Source of the DNA: a virus
Lineage: Duplodnaviria; Caudoviricetes
Length of the DNA stretch: 30,863 nt
Strand: one strand, 5' to 3'
Virus record (IMG/VR): IMGVR_UViG_3300030372_001953
Span: 1-30,863 of that record
Within the stretch, counting starts at the first letter, position 1. Every line of letters begins with the position of its first letter. The notes below the pieces were generated by a model. It searched no databases. It was not told where the DNA came from and saw only the letters and a list, made by a program, of their open reading frames with translations. Position numbers and translations under genes: made by a program. This document shows positions 1 to 8,342 of the stretch, in pieces.

Positions 1-59
1 GCAAGAGAAAATTTTTCACGAGTTTTAGCAGTAGGGGGTGCTTGATAGACTTATAAACA

Positions 60-99
60 AACTTATAAGTTATATACCAAACCAGTTCAAACCAGTTCA
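60..99. repeat. 12-bp palindrome AACTTATAAGTT (60-71) and tandem repeat (CAAACCAGTT)x2 (78-97) upstream of terS
   Basis: Read directly from sequence. Position suggests packaging or late-promoter sites (inference). Confidence 0.6.
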
Positions 100-109
100 G
101 GAGATTATT

Positions 110-592
110 ATGGGTAAGAGAGGAACAAAACCAACACCAACTGCAATGTTAAAATTAAGAGGAAGTTGGCGAGGCGATATAAATAAAAATGAACCTGAAG
201 TAGAAGTTGGCATTCCAGATATGCCTGATTTTATACAGGGTAATTCTAAGGCTTGTTGGGAAGAACTTGCACCATTGCTTGCAGGCATTCAAGTTTTAAC
301 AATTCAAGATAAGTTAGCATTATCTTTACTTTGTGAAACATATGCAAACTGGAGAAGAAGTCAAGACCTTTTAGATAAGCATGGAGATGTTTTTGAAATC
401 AAAGATGATGATGGAAATACAAAGTATTTGCAACAAACTCCATATGTTTCAATGGTAAGAAACTTTGGTTTGCAATTTAAAAATATGTTATGTGAATTTG
501 GATTAACTCCAAGTGCTAGGTCAAGGATTCAAATAGTTCCAGACGAAAGGACAAAGCAAGCAGATGAAAGGATGAATTATTTTAGTACATGA
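110..592 (+). CDS. terS: Terminase small subunit, P27 family
   Basis: MGKRGTKPTPT...LRG N-terminus and FGLTPSAR C-terminal motif. AGGAG RBS precedes ATG 110, so the track start at 38 is likely too early. Overlaps terL. Confidence 0.92.
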   Translation: MGKRGTKPTPTAMLKLRGSWRGDINKNEPEVEVGIPDMPDFIQGNSKACWEELAPLLAGIQVLTIQDKLALSLLCETYANWRRSQDLLDKHGDVFEIKDDDGNTKYLQQTPYVSMVRNFGLQFKNMLCEFGLTPSARSRIQIVPDERTKQADERMNYFST

Positions 593-2217
593 TTGAACAA
601 GAGCAAAAACTCATGCTTCCAAATTACAACCCCTATGACCAAGCAGGAGATTGTACTTACTCAAAAGAAAAAGCAGAAAGAGCCTGTAAGTTTTTTAGTT
701 TGTTTTGTAAACATGATAAAGGTAAATGGGCAGGTCAACCATTTCATTTATTGCCTTATCAGGAATCAATAGTTAGTAATATTTTTGGTTGGTTAAGACC
801 AGACAAAACTAGAAGAATTAGAAACTGTTTAATAGAGCTACCAAGAAAAGCCGGCAAGAGTCATATGCTTGCAGGTCTAGGTTTATTTCTTTTAACTTCA
901 GATGATGAGCATGGTGCAGAGATAGTTACAAGTGCTAGCAGCCGTGACCAAGCATCTATAGTTTTTGGCATTGCAAAAAGATTTGTTTTGAATGATGAGT
1001 ACCTTTCTAAACATTGCAAGATATATAGAAACTCTATTGTGGTTGAATCTACTGGCTCAGTGATGAAAGCAATTAGTTCAGATTCAGGTACAGCTCATGG
1101 CATGAATTGTTCATCGGTGATAGCGGATGAATTGCACTGCTGGGTTAAGCCTGATGCAAGAGAATTTTATGAAGCACTTGTGACATCTCAAGGTGCTAGG
1201 AAAAATCCACTTTGCATTTGCATTACAACAGCAGGAACTTCTGAGCCTTCTCTTTGGTTAGATATGCATAACTATGCTAAGCAGGTTCAAGATAATACAA
1301 TAGTTGCAAAAGAGTTTTTGCCAGCTCTTTGGGGTGCAGGAAAAGATGATGCTTGGGATTGTCCTGAAGTTTGGAAGAAGGTGAATCCTGCTCTTGGTCA
1401 TACTGTAGATATTGATTTTTATGAAACAGAATGTGCTAAAGCAAAAGCATTGCCAAGTTATCAGAATAGTTTTAAAAGACTTTACTTAAACCAATTAACA
1501 AATCATGTTACTAGTTGGATTGACATGGATGACTATACAGCATGTGAAGAAAGATATTCATTAGAAAAACTTAAAGGTAGAAAGTGTTTTGCAGGGGTTG
1601 ACCTGTCATCAACACTAGACCTTACTTGCTTGTCATTAGTATTTCCTAGGACAAAAGAAGAGGGTGATGGATATGATGTACTACCTTTCTTTTTTGTTCC
1701 TGAAGATAATATGTTGAAGAGGCAAAGAAATGATAATGTTCCTTATCTTATGTGGTCTAGTGAAGAAGGAGGAAATGCAATCATTCCAACAAGCGGTGAC
1801 ATTGTGGATTATGATGCTATTCATTTAAAGATTAATGAATTATCAAAACACTATAATATATTAAGTATAGTTTGCGATAGGTGGCATTCAACATCGTTTG
1901 CACTTAAATGTCAAGAAGATGGGCATAATGTTGCATACATTGGACAGGGTTTTCGTAGTCAATCACCAGCATGTCGAAAACTAGAAAGCATGATAGTTAG
2001 CGGGAGATTTAGGCATGGTAATCACCCCGTATTGAGATGGAATTTTAGCGTAGTAATGGTAGAACAAGACAGCAGTGGAAATTTAAAAATATCTAAAAGA
2101 AGGTCTAAAGAAAGAATAGATGGAGTTGCTGCAACATTAAATGCTATTGCTGTTTGCGATACAACACCAGATGAAGTAGATAGTGTTTATGAATCCAGAG
2201 ATTTGGAGATACTCTAA
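589..2217 (+). CDS. terL: Terminase large subunit (HK97-like)
   Basis: Walker A PRKAGKS, Walker B VIADELH, ITTAG coupling motif, nuclease GVDLS and RIDG motifs. Confidence 0.97.
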   Translation: MIEQEQKLMLPNYNPYDQAGDCTYSKEKAERACKFFSLFCKHDKGKWAGQPFHLLPYQESIVSNIFGWLRPDKTRRIRNCLIELPRKAGKSHMLAGLGLFLLTSDDEHGAEIVTSASSRDQASIVFGIAKRFVLNDEYLSKHCKIYRNSIVVESTGSVMKAISSDSGTAHGMNCSSVIADELHCWVKPDAREFYEALVTSQGARKNPLCICITTAGTSEPSLWLDMHNYAKQVQDNTIVAKEFLPALWGAGKDDAWDCPEVWKKVNPALGHTVDIDFYETECAKAKALPSYQNSFKRLYLNQLTNHVTSWIDMDDYTACEERYSLEKLKGRKCFAGVDLSSTLDLTCLSLVFPRTKEEGDGYDVLPFFFVPEDNMLKRQRNDNVPYLMWSSEEGGNAIIPTSGDIVDYDAIHLKINELSKHYNILSIVCDRWHSTSFALKCQEDGHNVAYIGQGFRSQSPACRKLESMIVSGRFRHGNHPVLRWNFSVVMVEQDSSGNLKISKRRSKERIDGVAATLNAIAVCDTTPDEVDSVYESRDLEIL

Positions 2218-3827
2218 TGGGAATATTAAATTGGTTTGGTGGTAAGGAACAAAAAGAAGAGCGTTCTCATATGCGAGATACTGCTTGGTGGAAAACAATT
2301 TTCACAGGTTCTGAAAGTTATTCAGGAGAAAATGTAACTCAAGATAGTGCATTGCGACAAGCAGTTGTATGGGCATGTGTGCAGGCGATTAGTCAAGATG
2401 TAGCATCACTTCCAATTAAAATTTATTCTAAGATTGATGCAATGGTTAGAGAGCCTGTTGATGACCACCCTGTAGCAAAAATATTTCATACAAAACCTAA
2501 TGGGGAAATGTCACCATTTACTTTAAAGGAAACTATGACTTTGCATTGTCTGTTGTACGGTAATGCATTTGCAGAAATTGAATTTAATCAGCAAGGTCAA
2601 CCTATAGCACTTTGGATTTTATTACCAGAAAATATGTCAGTTAAAGTTATAGATGGTGAAGTTGTTTATAACTATAGTTCTGGAGCAGGTAATTTTAATC
2701 TTCCAAGTGAAAAAGTTTTTCATCTAAGAGGTATGGGGCATGATGGGATTTTAGGATATTCACCAATAAATTATGCTAGGCAAGTCATCGGTGATATGCA
2801 AGCGATGCAAAAAAGCGGTGGTAGTTTCTTTGCAAATTCAAGCAGGCCTTCAGGTATTCTTTCTCACCCTGCAAAACTTTCTGAAGATGCTTCTAAAAGA
2901 TTAAGAAAATCTTGGGATGGTTTATATTCATCAAGTAACAATAGCGGTAGAACTGCAATTCTTGAAGAAGGTTTAAGTTTTTCTGCTTTATCAATTCCAC
3001 ATGCAGAAAGTCAATGGCTCGAGGCTAGACAATTTGCAGTAACTGATATTTGCAGAATGTATAGAATGCCTCCACATATTGTTCAAGATTTATCACATGC
3101 TACTTATAGCAATATAGAATCACAGCAAATTCAATACTTGTCACAAACAATAATGCCATGGCTTAGACGATGGGAACAAGAAATAAATAGAAAGTTAGTT
3201 AGAGTTAATGACCGTTCAGTTTATGCTGAGTTTTTAGCAGAGGAAGCATTAAGAGGAAATACTATTGATAGATATAACGCTTATAGAACTGCAAGAGAAA
3301 CTGGTTGGCTTTCAATTAATGAAATTCGTTCAAGAGAAAACCTAAACAATATTGGCTCAATTGGTGATAGATATATACAACCACTTAATTTTGGTGATAT
3401 CAATATGGAGCATGAAAGTTTTCATAATGAAGATGAAGATGAAGAAAGAAATATACAAGAACCATCTAAAGAACAATCTAATGAATGGTTAGTTGATTCA
3501 GTTAGAAGAGCAGTAGCAATTGTTAGAAATGCTTCAAATAGAAAAGCAGAAAAAGTTTCAGATGAAGAATATAATGAATGGTTAATTCAAAGCGATAAAA
3601 ACCTAAGCCAAAAGGTTATACAAATTCTTGAACCTTGTTGCAAATATATTAGAGCAGATGAACATAAGGTTGGTAGTGAATTGCTTGAAACATTTTTTGC
3701 AGCAATAACAAATACAGAAACAAGAGAACAGAGAATTGAAACTTGCAACAACTGGGCAAAGAGTTTTGTAAATTTTGAAAGTGCAGAACTTTTAATTCAA
3801 AGGAGTAAACAAAATGAACAAGAATGA
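2217..3827 (+). CDS. Portal protein, HK97 family, with a C-terminal extension
   Basis: VWACV..IS.DVASLP, LLYGNAF, G.SPI, ILEEGL, TYSNIE, NEIR..ENL motifs; follows terL. Confidence 0.95.
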   Translation: MGILNWFGGKEQKEERSHMRDTAWWKTIFTGSESYSGENVTQDSALRQAVVWACVQAISQDVASLPIKIYSKIDAMVREPVDDHPVAKIFHTKPNGEMSPFTLKETMTLHCLLYGNAFAEIEFNQQGQPIALWILLPENMSVKVIDGEVVYNYSSGAGNFNLPSEKVFHLRGMGHDGILGYSPINYARQVIGDMQAMQKSGGSFFANSSRPSGILSHPAKLSEDASKRLRKSWDGLYSSSNNSGRTAILEEGLSFSALSIPHAESQWLEARQFAVTDICRMYRMPPHIVQDLSHATYSNIESQQIQYLSQTIMPWLRRWEQEINRKLVRVNDRSVYAEFLAEEALRGNTIDRYNAYRTARETGWLSINEIRSRENLNNIGSIGDRYIQPLNFGDINMEHESFHNEDEDEERNIQEPSKEQSNEWLVDSVRRAVAIVRNASNRKAEKVSDEEYNEWLIQSDKNLSQKVIQILEPCCKYIRADEHKVGSELLETFFAAITNTETREQRIETCNNWAKSFVNFESAELLIQRSKQNEQE

Positions 3828-4923
3828 GCAAAGAGTTTTTCCTGATGAAAATGGAAAATGTCCAGTTGGATATCATAAAATGCCACCTGATGCAAACCAC
3901 AAAACTGAATGGTGCATGGAAGGCGATGAACACCCTACAGGAAGTACATACAGTAGAGATGTTGACACTAAGCCAACTGAGGAAATGGCTAGACTTGCTA
4001 AGAAGGGTTTGAAGTGGAGAGAAGAGTTTAATAGAGGTGGAACAGAAGTAGGCGTTGCAAGAGCCAGAGATATTTCTAATAGAGATAACCTAAGTGAATC
4101 AACTATAAAAAGAATGGTAAGTTTTTTTGCTAGACATAGAGTTGATTTAGATGCACCTGCTGCAAATCCAGAACATGAAGATTATCCAAGTGCAGGTGTT
4201 ATTGCTTGGCTGTTGTGGGGTGGTGATAACACTAATCCAGATGGTGCTGGATATGGATGGGCTTTAAAAAAATCTGAAGAGTTTGACAAGGAAGAAAATG
4301 AAATGACTGTTAAAGAAAAAGAAGTTAGAATTTGTAATGTTTTAAAATTATCTGAAGTAAGAAATGAAGATGGTGTTACAACAAGTAAAAAAATAGTTGG
4401 CTACCCTGTAGTCTTTAATTCTTTGTCAAATGATTTAGGTGGGTTTGTTGAAAAGGTTGAAAGAGGTGCATTTACTGAATCACTTAAAAATAATGATGAA
4501 GTTCATGCTTTGTTCAACCATGATAGTGATAAAGTTCTTGGTAGGCGTGGCTCTGGAACTTTAAAACTATGGGAAGATGATTATGGTTTAAGGATGGAAC
4601 TTGACCCACCTAACACAACTTTAGGAAATGATGTTGTAGAACTTTTAAACAGAGGAGATTTAGTTTCAATGTCGTTTGGATTTTATGATGTTGATGATTC
4701 TTGGGAAGTTCGAGATGGTGCAAATGTAAGAACAATTAATAGTGCTAGATTATTTGATGTATCTATTGTTTTAAATCCTGCATACAATCAAGCATCAGTT
4801 CAATTAGCACATCGCTCATTAGAAAAGTTTCAAGCAGAAAAAGAAGTTGAACAAAGCAATTTAGATGCTGCTGGTAAGCAAATAGATTTAAGCATTAGAC
4901 TTAGACTGGCCGAACAAGAATGA
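3814..4923 (+). CDS. Prohead maturation protease (HK97 family) fused to an uncharacterised ~160-aa N-terminal region
   Basis: C-terminal half has GY..VFN, FVE....GAF, LFNHD (His), SMSFGF (Ser) and DVSIV..PAY. Confidence 0.92.
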   Translation: MNKNEQRVFPDENGKCPVGYHKMPPDANHKTEWCMEGDEHPTGSTYSRDVDTKPTEEMARLAKKGLKWREEFNRGGTEVGVARARDISNRDNLSESTIKRMVSFFARHRVDLDAPAANPEHEDYPSAGVIAWLLWGGDNTNPDGAGYGWALKKSEEFDKEENEMTVKEKEVRICNVLKLSEVRNEDGVTTSKKIVGYPVVFNSLSNDLGGFVEKVERGAFTESLKNNDEVHALFNHDSDKVLGRRGSGTLKLWEDDYGLRMELDPPNTTLGNDVVELLNRGDLVSMSFGFYDVDDSWEVRDGANVRTINSARLFDVSIVLNPAYNQASVQLAHRSLEKFQAEKEVEQSNLDAAGKQIDLSIRLRLAEQE

Positions 4924-4946
4924 GTTTTAAAACTAAGATAAGGCTT

Positions 4947-5024
4947 ATGGAATTAGCAACATTTTTAGTAATTACAATTTCATCATCTTGTATTGTTTTT
5001 CTTTTATGTAAGGCAACTCAATAA
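4947..5024 (+). CDS. Possible 25-aa single-TM peptide MELATFLVITISSSCIVFLLCKATQ
   Basis: Manual translation; hydrophobic core. RBS is weak (AAGG only 3 nt before ATG). Confidence 0.3.
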   Translation: MELATFLVITISSSCIVFLLCKATQ

Positions 5025-5048
5025 TGTGGCAAATGTTATTGTGGGCAA

Positions 5049-5100
5049 GATACTACATTAGCACAGACACGGTTTATGTGCCAAGTGCTATTGCAGTATT
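5049..5100 (-). terminator. Long imperfect hairpin at the 3' end of the reverse-strand accessory unit
   Basis: 16-bp arms 5049-5064 and 5085-5100 match 13/16. One arm mismatch and one inner-stem mismatch become G-U pairs in minus-strand RNA. A T-tract follows on the + strand only. Confidence 0.5.
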
Positions 5101-5121
5101 TTTATTGTAGTAATACGAAAA

Positions 5122-5394
5122 TTAAATTAGATGTCCAACACGAACAATGCGAATCTTAAAATCCATACCAAGTTTTTTATAATAATATGTTCGTTGTGAT
5201 TCACAACGCTTTGCACTATTAAGGGTTGCTAATGAGTATTCATATTGACCCCTAAGTGTGCTTTGGTCATGGCTTATCGGGTTTGTGTTTGCTAATTTGC
5301 ATGTATGACATTCGCAGGACTGCCAGCCGTTTTTACAGCCGTCATGTTGAAACTTTGTTTTATATCGCCAAACTATTTTGTTTTTGTTTATCAT
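5122..5394 (-). CDS. Hypothetical accessory protein, Cys/His-rich
   Basis: 90 aa with HDGC and CECHTC motifs; CGAAAGGA leader 7 nt before ATG. Confidence 0.75.
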   Translation of the reverse strand: MINKNKIVWRYKTKFQHDGCKNGWQSCECHTCKLANTNPISHDQSTLRGQYEYSLATLNSAKRCESQRTYYYKKLGMDFKIRIVRVGHLI

Positions 5395-5440
5395 TTTGTT
5401 TTCCTTTCGTTGTTTGTTTGTTTGTTTCCTAACTGCTAGT
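5385..5440 (-). repeat. 56-bp leader repeat, promoterless copy
   Basis: 52/56 identical to 5695-5750; begins immediately after the stop of 5441-5704. Confidence 0.95.
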
Positions 5441-5704
5441 TTAAATACGATATTTTTTTATCATAGCATCAAACTTTGCAACTCTATCTTCTAGTTCCAG
5501 TAAGTCTTGTTCATCTTTGCAGTAATAGAGCATATCTATGCAGGTATTAACTTCACTTACAAAAGAAACAAGATTTCTATCACATTCTTTTTCATAACAA
5601 TAGCAAGACATGTAACTAACTGTTTCTGAGGACAATCCACAAAGAGCTCTGAATGCCTCGTCTTTTCTAGTTTGAAATTCTCTTATTGTTTGCGTGTTTA
5701 TCAT
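5441..5704 (-). CDS. Hypothetical accessory protein flanked by direct repeats
   Basis: 87 aa; CGAAAGGA leader 7 nt before ATG; promoter upstream. Confidence 0.8.
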   Translation of the reverse strand: MINTQTIREFQTRKDEAFRALCGLSSETVSYMSCYCYEKECDRNLVSFVSEVNTCIDMLYYCKDEQDLLELEDRVAKFDAMIKKYRI

Positions 5705-5750
5705 TTTTTTTTCCTTTCGTTGTTTGTTTTATTGTTTCTTAACTGCTAGT
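5695..5750 (-). repeat. 56-bp leader repeat, promoter-proximal copy
   Basis: Minus strand ACTAGCAGTTAAGAAACAATAAAACAAACAACGAAAGGAAAAAAAAATGATAAACA; 310 bp from the other copy. Confidence 0.95.
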
Positions 5751-5845
5751 AATATATCGTCCAATATTTATAAATGCAATACATTATCTTTTGTTTTTGC
5801 AAAGTTTTTTCACAATCAGCGTTTTTAGGCTTTAAACATATATAT
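5751..5845 (-). promoter_or_regulatory. Sigma70-like promoter with conserved upstream block
   Basis: TTGCAT (5779-5774)-N17-TATATT (5756-5751). The whole ~95 bp aligns by eye with 25045-25141. Confidence 0.75.
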
Positions 5846-5885
5846 TTATTTAGAAAATTATTTCTTTTTCTTTGCATACGATAAA

Positions 5886-5909
5886 TTAATAAGCCCGTTG
5901 GCTTATTAA
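5886..5909. promoter_or_regulatory. Perfect 10-bp inverted repeat upstream of the major capsid gene
   Basis: TTAATAAGCC-CGTT-GGCTTATTAA; CCGTTG recurs at 5914-5919. Confidence 0.55.
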
Positions 5910-5968
5910 ATTGCCGTTGCAATATCGTAATCACAAGAAATAGAATTTAAAAGAGAAGGACATATACC

Positions 5969-7177
5969 ATGTCAAAAACGCAAAACATGCGAGAGCAACG
6001 CTGCAAACTTATTGCAGATGCTCGAACAATTATGGATGCTAATGAAACTCTCGATGCAGAACAAAGGTCACAAGTTGATGCTATGCTAAATGATGCTGAT
6101 ACTTTAAAACTTGACATTGATAGATTTGAAGCAATTGAAAAAGAAGAAAGAGAACTTAAAACCTCAGCTGGTAAAGAAGTAAGAGAAATTGAAGTTGCTC
6201 AAAAAGTTGAAGAAAGAAAATCTAAAGGTATAGATTCAGAAGAATACAGAAATGCTTTTGATAAATACATTAGAAAAGGTAAACATGGAATGACTCATTC
6301 AGAGCTGCGTGACCTCAATGAAGGTACAGCATCAGCTGGTGGTTATTTAGCACCTATGGTTTCAGCAGACCAAGCATCATTGCAAAGAATTGTAATTGAT
6401 ACTATGGATGATGCAATTGAGTTTATGGACTTAGCAACTGTTATCAATGTTGAAGGTCAAATCACATTGCCGACACAGAATGCTTTAGGCTCAGCATCTT
6501 GGACGAATGAAGCTGCTGCAATCTCAACTTCAGACAATTCATTCAATCAAATAACATTAACTCCTTACAAACTTGCAACACTTACAGTTGCATCAAATGA
6601 GTTGCTCAGTGACTCTGTTGTAGACCTACAAGGTTATATGGGTGTTACATTTGGTCGTAGATTTGCTCAGGCATTATCAGCAGCTTTTGTGAATGGTTCT
6701 GGCTCAGGTCAGCCAACAGGTATTACCGATGGAGCAACTTCAGCATTGACAGCTAGCTCAGCTACAAGTGTTTCTTTTGATGAGTTATATGACTTGTTCT
6801 ACAGTCTTAAAGAATCTTATAGAAGAAATGGTACTTGGTTAATGAACACAACAGTGCTTTCTGCTATTCGACAATTAAAGCATTCTTCAGGAACTAACAG
6901 TTACATTTGGGAAGCTAGCCCAATTGCAGGTCAACCAGATACTATACTTGGTAGACCAGTTGTTGTTAATGATGATTGTGAAGCAATGACAAGTGGGCTT
7001 AAGCCAATCTTGTTTGGTGATATGAGTTACTACTATATTGCAATGCGACAAGATATGAACTTCAGGCGATTAGATGAACTTTATGCGAACACAGATGAAA
7101 CAGGATTTTTATCAACAATGCGTGTTGATGGTGAACTTACATTATCTGAAGCCGTAAAACTTATCACAATGGGTTAA
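5969..7177 (+). CDS. Major capsid protein, HK97 fold with N-terminal delta domain
   Basis: Coiled-coil N-terminus, GGYLAP, SNELL.DS, NGSG..QP.G, ILGRPV, FGD and R.DG motifs; AAGGA RBS. Confidence 0.97.
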   Translation: MSKTQNMREQRCKLIADARTIMDANETLDAEQRSQVDAMLNDADTLKLDIDRFEAIEKEERELKTSAGKEVREIEVAQKVEERKSKGIDSEEYRNAFDKYIRKGKHGMTHSELRDLNEGTASAGGYLAPMVSADQASLQRIVIDTMDDAIEFMDLATVINVEGQITLPTQNALGSASWTNEAAAISTSDNSFNQITLTPYKLATLTVASNELLSDSVVDLQGYMGVTFGRRFAQALSAAFVNGSGSGQPTGITDGATSALTASSATSVSFDELYDLFYSLKESYRRNGTWLMNTTVLSAIRQLKHSSGTNSYIWEASPIAGQPDTILGRPVVVNDDCEAMTSGLKPILFGDMSYYYIAMRQDMNFRRLDELYANTDETGFLSTMRVDGELTLSEAVKLITMG

Positions 7178-7199
7178 ACCATTTTGTAGAGCCTTATAT

Positions 7200-7225
7200 G
7201 GGTAGGCAGGGAAACCTGCCTACCC
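7200..7225 (+). terminator. 11-bp perfect GC-rich hairpin with GAAA tetraloop after the capsid gene (stabiliser or partial terminator)
   Basis: GGGTAGGCAGG-GAAA-CCTGCCTACCC; no U-tract follows. Confidence 0.7.
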
Positions 7226-7246
7226 TACATGGCTAAGGAAAATAAA

Positions 7247-7444
7247 ATGAAATATGAAGTGTTAAAAAATGGCATGGCAAAAGATGGCAGGTCTTTAACA
7301 AAAGGTGCAGTTTTAGAACTTGATTCTGAATATGCAGAACATCTTATTAACAGGGAAATAATTAAAGCAGTTAATGGTGTTAGTAAAAACAAAAGTAGAG
7401 CAGTTTCAAAACCGATAGATTTAGAGCAAGCAGTTGAAGAATGA
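7247..7444 (+). CDS. Small head-associated hypothetical protein
   Basis: Typical small gene after the capsid gene. AAGGA at 7235-7239 favours ATG 7247 over 7229. Confidence 0.7.
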   Translation: MKYEVLKNGMAKDGRSLTKGAVLELDSEYAEHLINREIIKAVNGVSKNKSRAVSKPIDLEQAVEE

Positions 7445-8022
7445 GTTACAAAAGTTTTAAAGTAACAACACCACCATCAATTGAGCCAGTTACTGTTGCA
7501 GAGGCAAAGAGCCAATTAAGAATAAGTGGCAGTGATGAAGATACACTGATTGGAAATTACATAACAGTTGCTAGGCAAACATTAGAAGTATTAATGAGAA
7601 GAGCATTTATTACTCAAACTATAACTCTTAGTTATGATACTTTTGTAAATGATTTCAGATTGCCTAGACCACCTGCAATTTCAGTTACAAGTATTCAATA
7701 TGTTGATACGGATGGAGCAACACAAACACTATCTTCTGGAAACTATACATTAGATAACCAGATAGAGCCAGCAAGTATAGTTCCTGCGTACAATGTTGTT
7801 TACCCTGATACAAGAAGCCAGCCTAATGCAGTTACCATTGTTTATACTGCTGGTTATGGTGCAAACACAACAGATGTTCCTGAATCAATAAGATTAGCAA
7901 TAAGACTTTTAGTTGGTAGTTATTATGAAAACAGAGAAGCAACAAGTGTAGAAAAAGTTAATGATTTGCCATTAGGTATACAAATGCTTATTGCTACAAA
8001 TGAAGTTCCAGAGGTTTATTAA
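7441..8022 (+). CDS. Head-tail adaptor (HK97 gp6 / SPP1 gp15-like, long form)
   Basis: EPVT..EAK.QLR, Y.AGYG, VP..I..AI..LV...YENRE motifs. Confidence 0.92.
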   Translation: MSYKSFKVTTPPSIEPVTVAEAKSQLRISGSDEDTLIGNYITVARQTLEVLMRRAFITQTITLSYDTFVNDFRLPRPPAISVTSIQYVDTDGATQTLSSGNYTLDNQIEPASIVPAYNVVYPDTRSQPNAVTIVYTAGYGANTTDVPESIRLAIRLLVGSYYENREATSVEKVNDLPLGIQMLIATNEVPEVY

Positions 8023-8342
8023 TGAGGGCTGCAAGTCTAAGACATAGAGTATCTATACAAACTGAAAGTTCTTCTGTTGATACTTATGGAGAGCCAACTC
8101 ATTCATGGTCTACTGATGAAACAGTATGGGCAATGGTTGAACCAGTTTCAGGTAATGAACAAAGTGTAGGTGAGGGGCAATCATCAATCATAACACATAG
8201 GGTAATGATGAGATATACAGCAAACGCAACACCAAAAAAAAGGTTGTTGTTTGGAAGTAAGATTTTAGGAATTGAATCTGTTATAAATGATTTAGAAAGA
8301 AATGAGTTTTTGATTTTACAATGCAAGCAGGAGTTTAATTAA
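8022..8342 (+). CDS. Head closure / head-tail joining protein (SPP1 gp16-like)
   Basis: MRA..LRHRV.IQ, WA.VEP.SG.E and RY motifs; synteny. Confidence 0.9.
   Translation: MRAASLRHRVSIQTESSSVDTYGEPTHSWSTDETVWAMVEPVSGNEQSVGEGQSSIITHRVMMRYTANATPKKRLLFGSKILGIESVINDLERNEFLILQCKQEFN

Noticed and set aside
544-551. CGAAAGGA inside terS
   Set aside because: Coding context, no AAAC tract and no start codon at 7-9 nt.
5025-5130. CGKCYCG and HGLCAKCYC fragments suggesting a decayed zinc-finger gene
   Set aside because: Fragments are in different frames with stops and coincide with a hairpin; insufficient support for a pseudogene call.
5385-5750. Direct repeats as a CRISPR array or integron attC sites
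   Set aside because: Only two copies, the spacer is a whole gene, no palindromic attC structure, and no cas or integrase gene.
5746-5934. 62-aa minus-strand ORF
   Set aside because: Runs through AT-rich promoter DNA; no RBS; ATT/GTG-type weak start context.
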